Origin: an uncultured bacterium
GTDB lineage: Bacteria; Omnitrophota; Omnitrophia; Omnitrophales; JACQLI01
Length of the DNA: 64,000 nt
NCBI GenBank assembly: GCA_964372875.1
Contig: CAYJTB010000002.1
Location: 21,576-85,575 of the forward strand
Direction of reading: 5' to 3'
Part shown: positions 22,002 to 31,676 of the stretch, piece by piece
How the letters are laid out: the number at the start of each line of letters is the position of its first letter
How positions within the stretch are numbered: position 1 is the stretch's first letter
Program-made: the position numbers and the translations under genes
The notes under the pieces: model-generated
What the model was told of the DNA's origin: nothing
The model's database searches: none
Seen by the model: the letters and a program-made list of their open reading frames with translations, nothing else

Positions 22002-22976
22002 TTGTCCGCACCCCAAAGGACAAAACCTGTTCTTGCTGAAGAAGCCATCGGCCTCATCGGCAACACGCCGCTCGTAAAACTTAAAAGAATGGTGAAGCCG
22101 GGCTCCGCCCAAATTTTTGCCAAAATTGAATCGATGAATCCCGGCGGAAGTGTGAAGGACCGGATTTGTCTCAGCATGATTCGTGATGCGGAAGAAAAAG
22201 GCCTCCTCAAAAAAGATTCTGTGATCATTGAAGCCACGAGTGGAAACACAGGAATCGGCCTTGCCCTTATTTCTGCGGTGAGGGGCTACAAACTGATTCT
22301 TACGATGCCCGACTCCATGAGTTATGAAAGGCAATATCTTCTAAGAAGATTTGGGGCCGAGCTTGTTCTTACTCCGGCACTTGAAGGAATGAAAGGGGCC
22401 GTTGAAAAAGCCGAAGAGCTTTCAAAGAAATACAAAAATACTTTTACACCGCAACAGTTTAGTAACCCTGCAAACCCCAAAGTTCACCGCGAGACCACCG
22501 CGGAAGAAATTTGGGAAGCGCTGGACGGAAAATTCGATGCGTTTGTGGCGGGCGTCGGCACCGGAGGAACCATCACCGGATGCGGCGAGGTCTTTAAACA
22601 AAGAAATCCAAAAATTAAAATTATTGCAGTAGAACCTAAGCGTTCGCCCGTTCTTTCAGGCGGTGAGCCTGGGTATCACCGGATCCAAGGAATTGGCGCG
22701 GGTTTTGTACCTGAGGTCTTGAACCGGCGCATCATCGATCAAATTTATCAAGCAGACGATGAAGCCTCTTGGGACATGTCACTTACCTTGGCAAAAGAAG
22801 AGGGATTGTTGGTGGGCGTCTCTTCCGGCGCGGCCTGTGTTGTGGCGCTGCAAGTGGCCAGTGAACTGGGAACTGGAAAAAGTGTGGTAGTTATTTTTCC
22901 TGACACCGGCGAGCGTTACCTTACTTCTGCCGAAGAATTCACACCGCGCGAGAGCGGCGCAAAACGCACTTCATGA
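22002..22976 (+). CDS. cysK: Cysteine synthase A (O-acetylserine sulfhydrylase)
   Basis: PLP-lysine region KIESMNPGGSVKDR. TSGNTGIGLA. Confidence 0.85.
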   Translation: MSAPQRTKPVLAEEAIGLIGNTPLVKLKRMVKPGSAQIFAKIESMNPGGSVKDRICLSMIRDAEEKGLLKKDSVIIEATSGNTGIGLALISAVRGYKLILTMPDSMSYERQYLLRRFGAELVLTPALEGMKGAVEKAEELSKKYKNTFTPQQFSNPANPKVHRETTAEEIWEALDGKFDAFVAGVGTGGTITGCGEVFKQRNPKIKIIAVEPKRSPVLSGGEPGYHRIQGIGAGFVPEVLNRRIIDQIYQADDEASWDMSLTLAKEEGLLVGVSSGAACVVALQVASELGTGKSVVVIFPDTGERYLTSAEEFTPRESGAKRTS

Positions 22977-22980
22977 AGCG

Positions 22981-24255
22981 ATGTCATACGTTAAGGGATT
23001 AAAATGCAGAGAGTGCAGCCGTCTTTATCCTAAAGAAGCGATCTATGTTTGCGAATACTGTTTCGGATCGCTCGAAGTTGATTACGATTATGACGCCATC
23101 AAAAAAGTCCTGAGCCGTAAAAAAATTTCTGACGGCCCTCGAAGCCTTTGGCGGTATCGCGAACTCCTTCCCATTGACGGCGACCCAACCGTAGGACTTT
23201 GGTCGGGCTTCACGCCTTTTTTCCGCGCGAAAAATCTGGCAAAGCGTCTGGGCGTTGACGAGCTCTACATTAAAGATGATTCGTCGAGCCATCCCACCTG
23301 GTCTTTTAAAGACCGCGTTGTCTCGATTGCACTTTCCAAGGCGCGCGAACTGGGTTTTGATACAGTCTCCTGCGCTTCCACCGGAAATCTTGCCCACGCT
23401 GTTGCGGCCCACGCGGCCCAAGCCGGATTCAAATGTTATATTTTTATTCCCTCGGATCTTGAACTCGCAAAAATTGTCGGCACGCTTGTTTGCGGTCCCA
23501 CACTCGTGGCGGTCCAAGGAAATTATGATGATGTGAACCGGCTATGCGCTGAAATCGCCGCCCGGTACAAATGGGCGTTTGTGAATATCAATATCCGTCC
23601 TTATTATGCGGAAGGATCCAAGACCTTCGGTTATGAGATCGCAGAACAGCTCGGCTGGCGAACACCTGACCACGTGGTGATTCCGGCAGCAAGCGGCTCG
23701 CTTCTGACAAAAATCTGGAAGGCCTTTAAGGAATTTGAAAAACTGGGGCTTCTTGAAAATTCCGTGAAGACACGTCTTCATTGCGCCCAACCGGACGGAT
23801 GTTCTCCTATCGCCAAGGCCATCTTGGAAAAATCCGAGGTGATCCGTCCTGAAAAACCCAACACGATTGCCAAATCTCTTGCGATCGGAAATCCCGCGGA
23901 CGGTTATTATGCCCGTGATGCCGTGCTACAATCGGGCGGTACCGCCGCACGTGTGAGTGATGATGAGATTCGCGAAGGGATTAAACTTTTGGCCGAGACC
24001 GAAGGTGTTTTTACAGAGACAGCGGGCGGCGTTACGGTTGCCGCAGCGAAAAAATTAATCAACGAAGGAAAAATCAACCGGAAGGAATCGATCGTTCTTG
24101 CCATCACAGGAAACGGTCTCAAGACCCAAGAGGCGATCCAAAAATCCGTGGGTTCACCCCTAGCGATCGAGGCCCACCTTTCTTCATTTGAAGAGCGCGT
24201 GATGGGAAAGTATAATGAGCAGCGTCGCGTCATTGCGAAGGAGCGAAGCGACTGA
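22981..24255 (+). CDS. Threonine-synthase-family PLP enzyme with an N-terminal Cys4 zinc ribbon
   Basis: KCRECSRLYPKEAIYVCEYCFG (CxxC...CxxC). PLP fold-II motifs (SFKDR, ASTGN). Directly followed by a ThiS-like gene. Confidence 0.65.
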   Translation: MSYVKGLKCRECSRLYPKEAIYVCEYCFGSLEVDYDYDAIKKVLSRKKISDGPRSLWRYRELLPIDGDPTVGLWSGFTPFFRAKNLAKRLGVDELYIKDDSSSHPTWSFKDRVVSIALSKARELGFDTVSCASTGNLAHAVAAHAAQAGFKCYIFIPSDLELAKIVGTLVCGPTLVAVQGNYDDVNRLCAEIAARYKWAFVNINIRPYYAEGSKTFGYEIAEQLGWRTPDHVVIPAASGSLLTKIWKAFKEFEKLGLLENSVKTRLHCAQPDGCSPIAKAILEKSEVIRPEKPNTIAKSLAIGNPADGYYARDAVLQSGGTAARVSDDEIREGIKLLAETEGVFTETAGGVTVAAAKKLINEGKINRKESIVLAITGNGLKTQEAIQKSVGSPLAIEAHLSSFEERVMGKYNEQRRVIAKERSD

Positions 24256-24322
24256 AGCAATCTCTTGTTGATTGCTTCGTTGGCTAACGCCTCCTCGCAA
24301 TGACTAATAAGGAGGATTCATC

Positions 24323-24607
24323 ATGCCTGTTAAAGTAAGAATTCCAACGCCCCTTCAAAAATTGACGGCCGATCAAGCGGAAGTCGATATTACTGCCAAA
24401 ACGGTGAAAGAACTTTTAGATGCATTAGAAAAGAAATATCCCGGCATCAAAGGAAGACTTTGTGACGAATCGGGCCGCGTGCGCCGGTTTGTAAACATTT
24501 ATCTCAACGAAGAAGACATCCGGTTCCTCAACCAAGAATCCACGGCACTTAAAGAGGGCGACGAGGTTTCCATCGTTCCTGCCATTGCCGGCGGAAAAAC
24601 TCTCTAA
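24323..24607 (+). CDS. MoaD/ThiS-family sulfur-carrier protein; C-terminal Gly-Gly followed by a 3-residue extension (…AIAGG-KTL)
   Basis: Beta-grasp-sized (94 aa). Ends [15 protein letters not shown] aaggagg upstream. Confidence 0.55.
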   Translation: MPVKVRIPTPLQKLTADQAEVDITAKTVKELLDALEKKYPGIKGRLCDESGRVRRFVNIYLNEEDIRFLNQESTALKEGDEVSIVPAIAGGKTL

Positions 24608-24854
24608 GATCACCGTGGCAAAAAAAGCGCTTCACCTTATCTTTCCGCAAAATCTCATCCAAGAGCCCATCATGTTCCTGGTGGCTCGCGACAACAATTT
24701 AGTCCTCAGCATTCGACGCGCGAAGATCACAGCGACCGCTGGAGAAGCGACCATCGAACTTGAAGGAAAAGAGAGCGATTTGGTCCAGGCCGAGCGCGTT
24801 TTCAAAGAAAAAGGGGTTCAGGTGAAAAGTGTTTTAGGGGACACGGTGGAATGA
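24585..24854 (+). CDS. Small NIL-domain-like protein (tentative)
   Basis: ...[49 protein letters not shown] resembles the MetN C-terminal NIL domain pattern. Start uncertain; overlaps the ThiS-like stop. Confidence 0.3.
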   Translation: MPAEKLSKITVAKKALHLIFPQNLIQEPIMFLVARDNNLVLSIRRAKITATAGEATIELEGKESDLVQAERVFKEKGVQVKSVLGDTVE

Positions 24855-25855
24855 AAAAAGCCGAGATCCAATCTTTAAAAGAAAAAGTTTTAGCGGGCGG
24901 TGAAATTTCTTTTGAGCAGGCTGTGGAACTTATTCAATTAAACAGCCAGGAAGAAATCCAATCCCTTTTAGAATCGGCCGACGAAATCACGCGACGGTTT
25001 AATTCCAACGAACCCGGCCTCTGTTCGCTTCTAAATGCCAAGAGTTATTTGTGCGGCGAGGACTGCGGGTTTTGCGCCCAATCCGTTCGCTTTGACACCT
25101 CGGCAGACCGGTACGGCCTGATGCATCCCGAAAAAGTTGTGGAGGCCGCAAAACGGGCGGAAAAAAATGGTGCGCAGAATTTCTGCATCGTTACAAGCGG
25201 CGCGGCACCGGGTGAAGAAGAGTTTGAAAAAATTATCGAAATTTTAAAAAAGTTATCTGAGGAATCAAAATTAAACCTTGATGCCTCGTTAGGGTTTATC
25301 ACCGAAGAACAGGCCCGGCGATTAAAAGAAGCGGGCCTCCGGCGTTTTAATCACAATCTTCAAAGCTCCCGCGAGTTTTACCCGAATATTGTTTCTACCC
25401 ATAGTTATGACACACGCATTCAAACCATTCGCGCGCTGGTCCAAGGCGGACTGGAGCTTTGTTCGGGTGGAATCCTCGGAATGGGAGAAACGCACGAAGA
25501 CCGTGTGAAGCTCGCTTTCGAATTAAAACAACACACTCCGCATTGCATCCCAGTCAACGTACTCAATCCCCGGCCCGGCACTCCGCTTGAAAACCAACCC
25601 AAGCCCGACCCGCGTGAGATTTTAAAAACCATTGCTGTCTTTCGCTTCGTCCATCCGCGCGCCAATATCAAATTAGCCGGCGGGCGTGAAATCAATCTCA
25701 CTGCGGAGGAGCAAGTCTTGGCACTGAAAGGCGGTGCCAACGGCCTCATCATGGGAGGCTACCTCACCACCGAAGGCAATCCGGTGCGGGAAGATTTTCG
25801 AATGCTGGAGGAAGCGGGCTACCAAGTTCCACAGCATGAAGCCCGTCCTTCTTAA
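24851..25855 (+). CDS. bioB: Biotin synthase
   Basis: Radical-SAM CGEDCGFC. BioB-like NFCIVTSG and C-terminal motifs. Confidence 0.85.
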   Translation: MKKAEIQSLKEKVLAGGEISFEQAVELIQLNSQEEIQSLLESADEITRRFNSNEPGLCSLLNAKSYLCGEDCGFCAQSVRFDTSADRYGLMHPEKVVEAAKRAEKNGAQNFCIVTSGAAPGEEEFEKIIEILKKLSEESKLNLDASLGFITEEQARRLKEAGLRRFNHNLQSSREFYPNIVSTHSYDTRIQTIRALVQGGLELCSGGILGMGETHEDRVKLAFELKQHTPHCIPVNVLNPRPGTPLENQPKPDPREILKTIAVFRFVHPRANIKLAGGREINLTAEEQVLALKGGANGLIMGGYLTTEGNPVREDFRMLEEAGYQVPQHEARPS

Positions 25856-25857
25856 GT

Positions 25858-26577
25858 TTGCTTGATCAAAAAAATATCCTCATTACCGGCGGCACCAGCG
25901 CGTTAGGAAGCGCCTTCGTCCGAAAGGCCGTTGGGGCGCACGGCCGCGTTTTTTTCACCTACCATCAGCATGAAACGCTCGCTTCCGAACTCCGCGCACT
26001 AGGCGCAGAAGGTTTTAAACTAGACCTCGCCTCTACCCCACAAATCGATGTCTTCCAAAAAGAATTCAGGGCCAAGGTCAAAATCCTTCATGTCTTAATC
26101 CACAATGCTGCGGCCACGAAAGATGCTACTGTACAAAATATGAGTGACGCCCAGTGGGATGAAGTGATGAACGTCAATCTCAAGGCACCCTATCTTTTAA
26201 CAAAAAAACTTTTGTCTCCGCTTTTTAAGGCTGATCCCGCGAAGATCTTTTTTATGATCAGCCGGGGCGCTCTTCAAGGAATCTTTGGCGCTGCTAATTA
26301 TGCGGCTTCTAAGGCAGGCCTTGTAGCGCTTACCAAATCACTGGCCCAAGAACTGGGGCGGAAAAATATTTTGGTCAATTCCGTGAACCCGGGCTTCATG
26401 AAATCGCGCATGACCGAGCCTCTCCCGCCGGAAGTTTTTGAAAAAAATATCAAAGAAAGCGTGTTGGGAAAAATCTCTAACCCCGACGAAGTCGCCGATT
26501 TTCTAATTTACCTTTCCAGTAACCACATGACCCAAGTGAGCGGCCAAATCTTCCACTTCGAGTCCCGCAAGATATGA
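25858..26577 (+). CDS. Short-chain dehydrogenase/reductase (FabG-like 3-oxoacyl-ACP reductase)
   Basis: ITGGTSALGSAF (Rossmann). NAA...YAASKAG catalytic triad region. Confidence 0.75.
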   Translation: MLDQKNILITGGTSALGSAFVRKAVGAHGRVFFTYHQHETLASELRALGAEGFKLDLASTPQIDVFQKEFRAKVKILHVLIHNAAATKDATVQNMSDAQWDEVMNVNLKAPYLLTKKLLSPLFKADPAKIFFMISRGALQGIFGAANYAASKAGLVALTKSLAQELGRKNILVNSVNPGFMKSRMTEPLPPEVFEKNIKESVLGKISNPDEVADFLIYLSSNHMTQVSGQIFHFESRKI

Positions 26578-27172
26578 AGCGCGCAGAATCTCCGCCTCCG
26601 TGGGATGCTCGGTCATCAGTAAAATCTTTATCCGCTGCAGGCACGAGTCTCGTCGCCACTCGGCGGGAATCCCCCCAAGCTCCTTCGGCGCTCAATGGCT
26701 CCAGCTTTTGGAAAAGACTAAGGCTGCTTCGCCGGGGGTCCCTCGCGGTTCCGGCCTCAGAAGGCCAGCCCGCGCTTCCCCCCCGGACGAATCAGCCGAG
26801 TTTTTCCGAAAAGCCTCCGCTATTCGCGCCCTCCGGACTTGGGGAGATTCCCGAACGTATCACGGTTGCATTAGAAGCAGAATCTCCGAAACTGAGGCGG
26901 CGTAGGGGCCGTACGAGAAAAATTCGGAATCAATTTTTCTCGAGGCCCCACGAGCGGAGGACGACTCCTTGTCCGCTGACTTACCCCTCATTCATGGTTG
27001 CATCTTCCCAGAATACGTTTGCTTCCAAACCGGCCGCGTTCATTTGGCAAAATAACTTTTATGTTTTCTCATCTGTTCAATTGTCGTCCGAGCGTCCGCC
27101 GAAGGAGGAGATTCTGCTATCAAAGCATGTCGGTTGCGGAGGAGTCTCCGAAACGGCAAGGGGAGTTTGCTT

Positions 27173-28375
27173 GTGAATCGACGAGTTGTGATTACAGGAA
27201 TGGGGGCGGTGACGCCGGCAGGGGTGGGGATTGAGGCATTTCGAAAATCACTGCGGGAGGGCCGGTCGGGATGCGGACCCTTAACATGTTTTGACCTCAC
27301 AGGATTCAAAGTCAAAAATGCTTTCGAGATAAAAAATTTCACACCCCTTCACGGAACCCGTCTCTTGGATCCTTTTATTCAATACGCACTTTGGGCTACC
27401 AATGAAGCGGCTCAGATGGCGCAATTTGATTCTTCATCCATGGATCCTTACCGAATGGGAATTGTGGTCAGTTCCAGCAAGGGAGGGCTTCACTCTTTTG
27501 ACGCGTTTCGCCAGAGGCTTGAACGAAATCCCAGCGTCATCCTTGGCGCGCGCGTTTACTCCAACACGGTTCCGAATTTTGCCGCCCAGTGGATTGCCAG
27601 AAAATGGAAAATATCAGGACCCGCCAAATGTTATGTGACAGCTTGCGCAACGGGTACGACCTCCATTATAGAAGGCGCCCGGATGGTTCAGGAAGACCTG
27701 GTCGATTATGTTTTTGCAGGTGCAGGCGATGCCTCACTTGTTCCTTTTCTTGTGGCAGGGTATGAGCAAATGGGAGTTCTTTCACCCGAGGGAATGTACC
27801 CCTTTGACCAAAGGCGGAAAGGTTTTCTTTTAGGAGAAGGCGCGGGTGTGGTACTCCTCGAAACCCTCGAAAGCGCCGAAGCGCGCGGCGCAAAAATTTA
27901 CGGCGAGATCGCAGGCTTTGCTTACGGAAATGATTGTTACAGTCCGGTGGCCTTTGATCCCAAAGGAGATTCACTCGCCCGAACACTCAAAAAACTTTGT
28001 GATGTTTTAAAAATAAACCCTGAGGAAATCGATTATTTAAACCTTCACGGTACCGGAACCATCGATGGCGATCTTTACGAAACGAATCAAATCAAACGGG
28101 CGTTTGGAAAAAAAGCTTATGAAATTCCTACTAGCTCCACGAAGTCGATCACAGGACACATGCTTGGCGCATCCGGGGCTGTTGAAATCATCGCGTGTTG
28201 TATCGCCATGGAAGAAGGTTTTGTTCCGCCTACCGCCAATTTAGAAAAACCGGATCCCCAATGCGATTTGGATTACACACCGCTCAGGGCACGCAAGCAA
28301 AAAATCCAAACGGCGATTTCTCATTCCATGGGTTTCGGCGGACATATCGCAGCCGTTGCTCTTAGGAAAACATAA
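27173..28375 (+). CDS. Beta-ketoacyl-ACP synthase I/II family (FabF/FabB-like)
   Basis: I chose GTG 27173 as the start, with SD aaggggag; NRRVVITGMGAVTPAGVG. Active-site Cys region (ACATGT) and His-His motifs (HGTGT, GHMLGASG). Confidence 0.8.
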   Translation: MNRRVVITGMGAVTPAGVGIEAFRKSLREGRSGCGPLTCFDLTGFKVKNAFEIKNFTPLHGTRLLDPFIQYALWATNEAAQMAQFDSSSMDPYRMGIVVSSSKGGLHSFDAFRQRLERNPSVILGARVYSNTVPNFAAQWIARKWKISGPAKCYVTACATGTTSIIEGARMVQEDLVDYVFAGAGDASLVPFLVAGYEQMGVLSPEGMYPFDQRRKGFLLGEGAGVVLLETLESAEARGAKIYGEIAGFAYGNDCYSPVAFDPKGDSLARTLKKLCDVLKINPEEIDYLNLHGTGTIDGDLYETNQIKRAFGKKAYEIPTSSTKSITGHMLGASGAVEIIACCIAMEEGFVPPTANLEKPDPQCDLDYTPLRARKQKIQTAISHSMGFGGHIAAVALRKT

Positions 28376-29518
28376 ATGGAAAGCCTCCTTACCACAGAAT
28401 TAAAAGAAATTCGCTTGAAGGGACTCTACCGGAAATTAAAAACGCTTTCTCCCGGCCAAGGCGCCCATGCCGTTTGGCGAGGAAGAGATCTCCTTTTATT
28501 TTGCGGAAATGATTATTTGGGTTTAAGCCGGCACCCTCGTGTTATTCAAGCCGCCCAGGAAACCCTTGAAAAATATGGCATTGGCGCCGGTGCCGCTCGT
28601 TTGATCTCCGGCACAAGCGATTTGCACAGCCAATTGGAAGAGGAACTCGCCCGCTTCAAATCAAAAGAGCGAGCGCTCCTTTTCGGTTCAGGTTATCTGA
28701 CCAATCTTGGAGTCTTGAGTGCCGTTGCCGGAAAAGAAGATCTCATTGTGATGGATAAACTTTGCCACGCCTCACTCATTGACGGGGCCAGACTCTCCGG
28801 CGCCATCATCCGAGTGTTTCCTCACAGAGACTATTCAAAGTGTAAGGAGATTTTAGAAAAAAGCCCCGAGTTTCGCAGGAAAATTCTTGTCTCCGACACT
28901 ATTTTTAGTATGGAGGGTGACCAAGCAGATTTAGAAGAACTTATTCAGATCAAAAATAAGTATAAGTGCCTTCTTGTGGTTGATGATGCGCATGGCGTAG
29001 GAGTCTTCGGCCCGACGGGCAGAGGACTCACCGAGGGAAAAGAAAAAGAAATCGACGTCATTGTGGGGACGCTTTCAAAGGCCTTCGGAGTTTTTGGGGG
29101 TTTTGCCGCAGCCTCTCGAACCCTCGTCGAATATTTCATTAATTTCTCGAGGTCTTTTATTTTTGCGACCGCACCGCCGCCGCTCGTCGCGGCCGCTGGT
29201 TTAGAGGCGCTTCATCTCATTCAAGAGGATCCATCTCTGCGTCAGAAGCTTTGGCGCAATATAGAACAAGTAAAAAAATTTCTCAAACCCCGGAATTTTT
29301 CATTTGAAAAAGCATCGCCTATTTTTCCAATTGTTTTAGGAGATGAGAAAAAAGCCGTAGAAGTTTCAGAGACACTTTTGGAACATGGAATCCTCATCCC
29401 CCCCATTCGGTACCCTTCCGTTCCAAGAGGTAAAGCAAGGCTGCGATTAACGTTAAGCGTCTCCCACACGGAAGAAGATTTGGAACAACTCTTCGAAGTA
29501 CTCCATAAAGTTTTATGA
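28376..29518 (+). CDS. bioF: 8-amino-7-oxononanoate synthase
   Basis: Alpha-oxoamine synthase PLP enzyme (GTLSKAFG). Position in the bio operon. Confidence 0.8.
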   Translation: MESLLTTELKEIRLKGLYRKLKTLSPGQGAHAVWRGRDLLLFCGNDYLGLSRHPRVIQAAQETLEKYGIGAGAARLISGTSDLHSQLEEELARFKSKERALLFGSGYLTNLGVLSAVAGKEDLIVMDKLCHASLIDGARLSGAIIRVFPHRDYSKCKEILEKSPEFRRKILVSDTIFSMEGDQADLEELIQIKNKYKCLLVVDDAHGVGVFGPTGRGLTEGKEKEIDVIVGTLSKAFGVFGGFAAASRTLVEYFINFSRSFIFATAPPPLVAAAGLEALHLIQEDPSLRQKLWRNIEQVKKFLKPRNFSFEKASPIFPIVLGDEKKAVEVSETLLEHGILIPPIRYPSVPRGKARLRLTLSVSHTEEDLEQLFEVLHKVL

Positions 29519-30870
29519 GAACAAGACACCTCAAGCAACTCGACAAGAAATATATTTGGCATCCCTTTACGCAAATGGCGGATTGGCAAAAAGAAGACGT
29601 CCTGATTATTGATCGGGCCAAAGGAAATTATTTGATTGATACAAAAGGCAAACGCTATTTGGACGGTGTATCCTCTCTTTGGTGCAACGTTCACGGGCAC
29701 CGGGTAAAAGAAATCGACCACGCCATCAAAAAACAATTGGAAAAAGTAGCACACAGCACTTTTCTCGGGCTTTCCAATGTCCCGGCCATTGAACTCGCCG
29801 AAAAATTAATTTTGATTGCACCGAAAGGACTCACACGGGTTTTTTATTCGGACTCGGGGTCCGAGGCCATGGAAATTGCTCTCAAGATGGCTTACCAATA
29901 TTGGCAGCAAAAAGGAAAAAAGAAGAAGACAAGGTTTCTACGCTTAAGCAATGCTTATCATGGAGACACATTGGGTGCGGTGAGTGTGGGAGGGATCGAA
30001 CTCTTTCATCAAACTTATCGCCCGCTTCTTTTTAAAACCTTCGAGGCGCCGAGTCCCTATGTTTACCGCTGGCCCGCGAAAGGCCGCACAGGGTCGCGCG
30101 AAGAAGTGATGGAAGAGTCTCTAGCCGCACTCGAATCTATCCTGAAAAAACATTCTTCAGAAATCGCCGCACTGGTGATGGAGCCTTTGATACAGGGAGC
30201 GGCCGGCATGATCGATCAACCGAGGGGTTATATTTCAGGAGCGCGAAAACTGACCTTGAGGTACAATACCCTCTTGATTTTTGACGAAGTAGCCACAGGA
30301 TTTGGTCGTACAGGACGGATGTTTGCGTCAGATCACGAAAGGGTGACTCCGGACATTATGGCCGTTGCCAAAGGGCTCACAGGAGGTTATCTCCCACTTG
30401 CGGCAACTCTAACCAAGGAAAACGTTTACAAGGAATTTCTTGGCGACTACTCCGAATTCAAAACTTTCTTTCACGGCCACACTTATACGGCCAATCCGCT
30501 TGCTTGCCGGGCGGCCCTCGCCAACCTCAAAATTTTCCGCACGAAAAAAACGCTTGAGAAATTGCAGGATAAGATCGATCTCTTAAGGAACAGATTGAGT
30601 AGCTTTTCAAATCTCGAACACGTCGGAGACATTCGCCAAACAGGCTTTATGGCCGGAATCGAACTCGTAGAAGATCGCGCTACAAAAAAATCATATCCTG
30701 CGGAACAAAAAATAGGCATCCGTGTGACCCGCGAAGCGCGCAGACGCGGGGTGATTTTACGGCCCTTAGGAAATGTCATCGCCCTCATGCCGCCTCTTGC
30801 GATTACAACCAAGGAACTTCATCAATTGCTAGACGTTACCTGCGAATCCATTAAAACGGTAACCCAATGA
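29515..30870 (+). CDS. bioA: Adenosylmethionine-8-amino-7-oxononanoate aminotransferase
   Basis: Class-III aminotransferase (DEVATGFGRTG, KGLTGGYLP). Confidence 0.85.
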   Translation: MRTRHLKQLDKKYIWHPFTQMADWQKEDVLIIDRAKGNYLIDTKGKRYLDGVSSLWCNVHGHRVKEIDHAIKKQLEKVAHSTFLGLSNVPAIELAEKLILIAPKGLTRVFYSDSGSEAMEIALKMAYQYWQQKGKKKKTRFLRLSNAYHGDTLGAVSVGGIELFHQTYRPLLFKTFEAPSPYVYRWPAKGRTGSREEVMEESLAALESILKKHSSEIAALVMEPLIQGAAGMIDQPRGYISGARKLTLRYNTLLIFDEVATGFGRTGRMFASDHERVTPDIMAVAKGLTGGYLPLAATLTKENVYKEFLGDYSEFKTFFHGHTYTANPLACRAALANLKIFRTKKTLEKLQDKIDLLRNRLSSFSNLEHVGDIRQTGFMAGIELVEDRATKKSYPAEQKIGIRVTREARRRGVILRPLGNVIALMPPLAITTKELHQLLDVTCESIKTVTQ

Positions 30871-31598
30871 AAAAAGCCGCCGGAATTTTTATTATAGGAA
30901 CGGACACAGGCGTCGGAAAAACCGTGGTGGCCGCAGGACTTGCCCTTGTCTTGAAGGAACGCGGCATGCGGGTCGGTGTGATGAAACCCGTAGCGACCGG
31001 ATGTTTTGGAGAGGGGAAGCGGCTTATTTCAGGAGATGCGGTTTATTTATTAGAAGCCGCTGAAAACGAGCGCCCTTATCTTGCCAATCCGCTTCGTTTT
31101 AGAAATCTGCTGGCCCCCAGCGTTGCCAGCGTCATTGAAAAAAAAGAAGTGCCGATTGAAAAAATCTTGAAGGCCTACCGGGAGCTGCAGCGTCATTATG
31201 ATTTTATTATTGTCGAAGGAATCGGCGGACTTTTAGTTCCGCTCACAAAAGATTATTTTGTGGCCAATCTCATTCACGAATTTGGTCTTCCTTTGATGGT
31301 GGTTGCCCGGGGGGGGCTCGGAACTATTAATCACACGCTTCTTACAATAGATGCAGCAATCATTCGGGGGTTTGAAATCCGGGGTATCATTTTTAACCGG
31401 ATGCCGCGTGTCAATTTCTCCATAGCGGAGATCACGAATCCTAAAGTGATCCACGACATCACAGGCATTCCCGTGCTCGGGACGTTGCCGGAACTGGATG
31501 ATGTGGACGTAGAAACCTGCCGCTTTGGGAATCTCAAAGAAGTCTTCCGCGAACGGATTGATCTGGACCAGCTTTTCCGGTTCGAGACCATTTCTTAG
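30867..31598 (+). CDS. bioD: Dethiobiotin synthetase
   Basis: GTDTGVGKT P-loop. BioD length. Confidence 0.85.
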   Translation: MKKAAGIFIIGTDTGVGKTVVAAGLALVLKERGMRVGVMKPVATGCFGEGKRLISGDAVYLLEAAENERPYLANPLRFRNLLAPSVASVIEKKEVPIEKILKAYRELQRHYDFIIVEGIGGLLVPLTKDYFVANLIHEFGLPLMVVARGGLGTINHTLLTIDAAIIRGFEIRGIIFNRMPRVNFSIAEITNPKVIHDITGIPVLGTLPELDDVDVETCRFGNLKEVFRERIDLDQLFRFETIS

Positions 31599-31676
31599 AC
31601 CGGCCCCAGAAGCCCAGGTTTAAAGGGCTTCATTCCTTCTTCAATCTTTGATAGAATCTCTCCAAATTTCCCACCT

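Noticed and set aside
26574-27234. ORFs 26574-27176, 26600-26905 and 26998-27234 in the SDR-KAS gap
   Set aside because: Mutually overlapping. No SD. Low-complexity Arg/Pro/Ser-rich translations typical of GC-rich non-coding DNA. Kept only as an unexplained gap.
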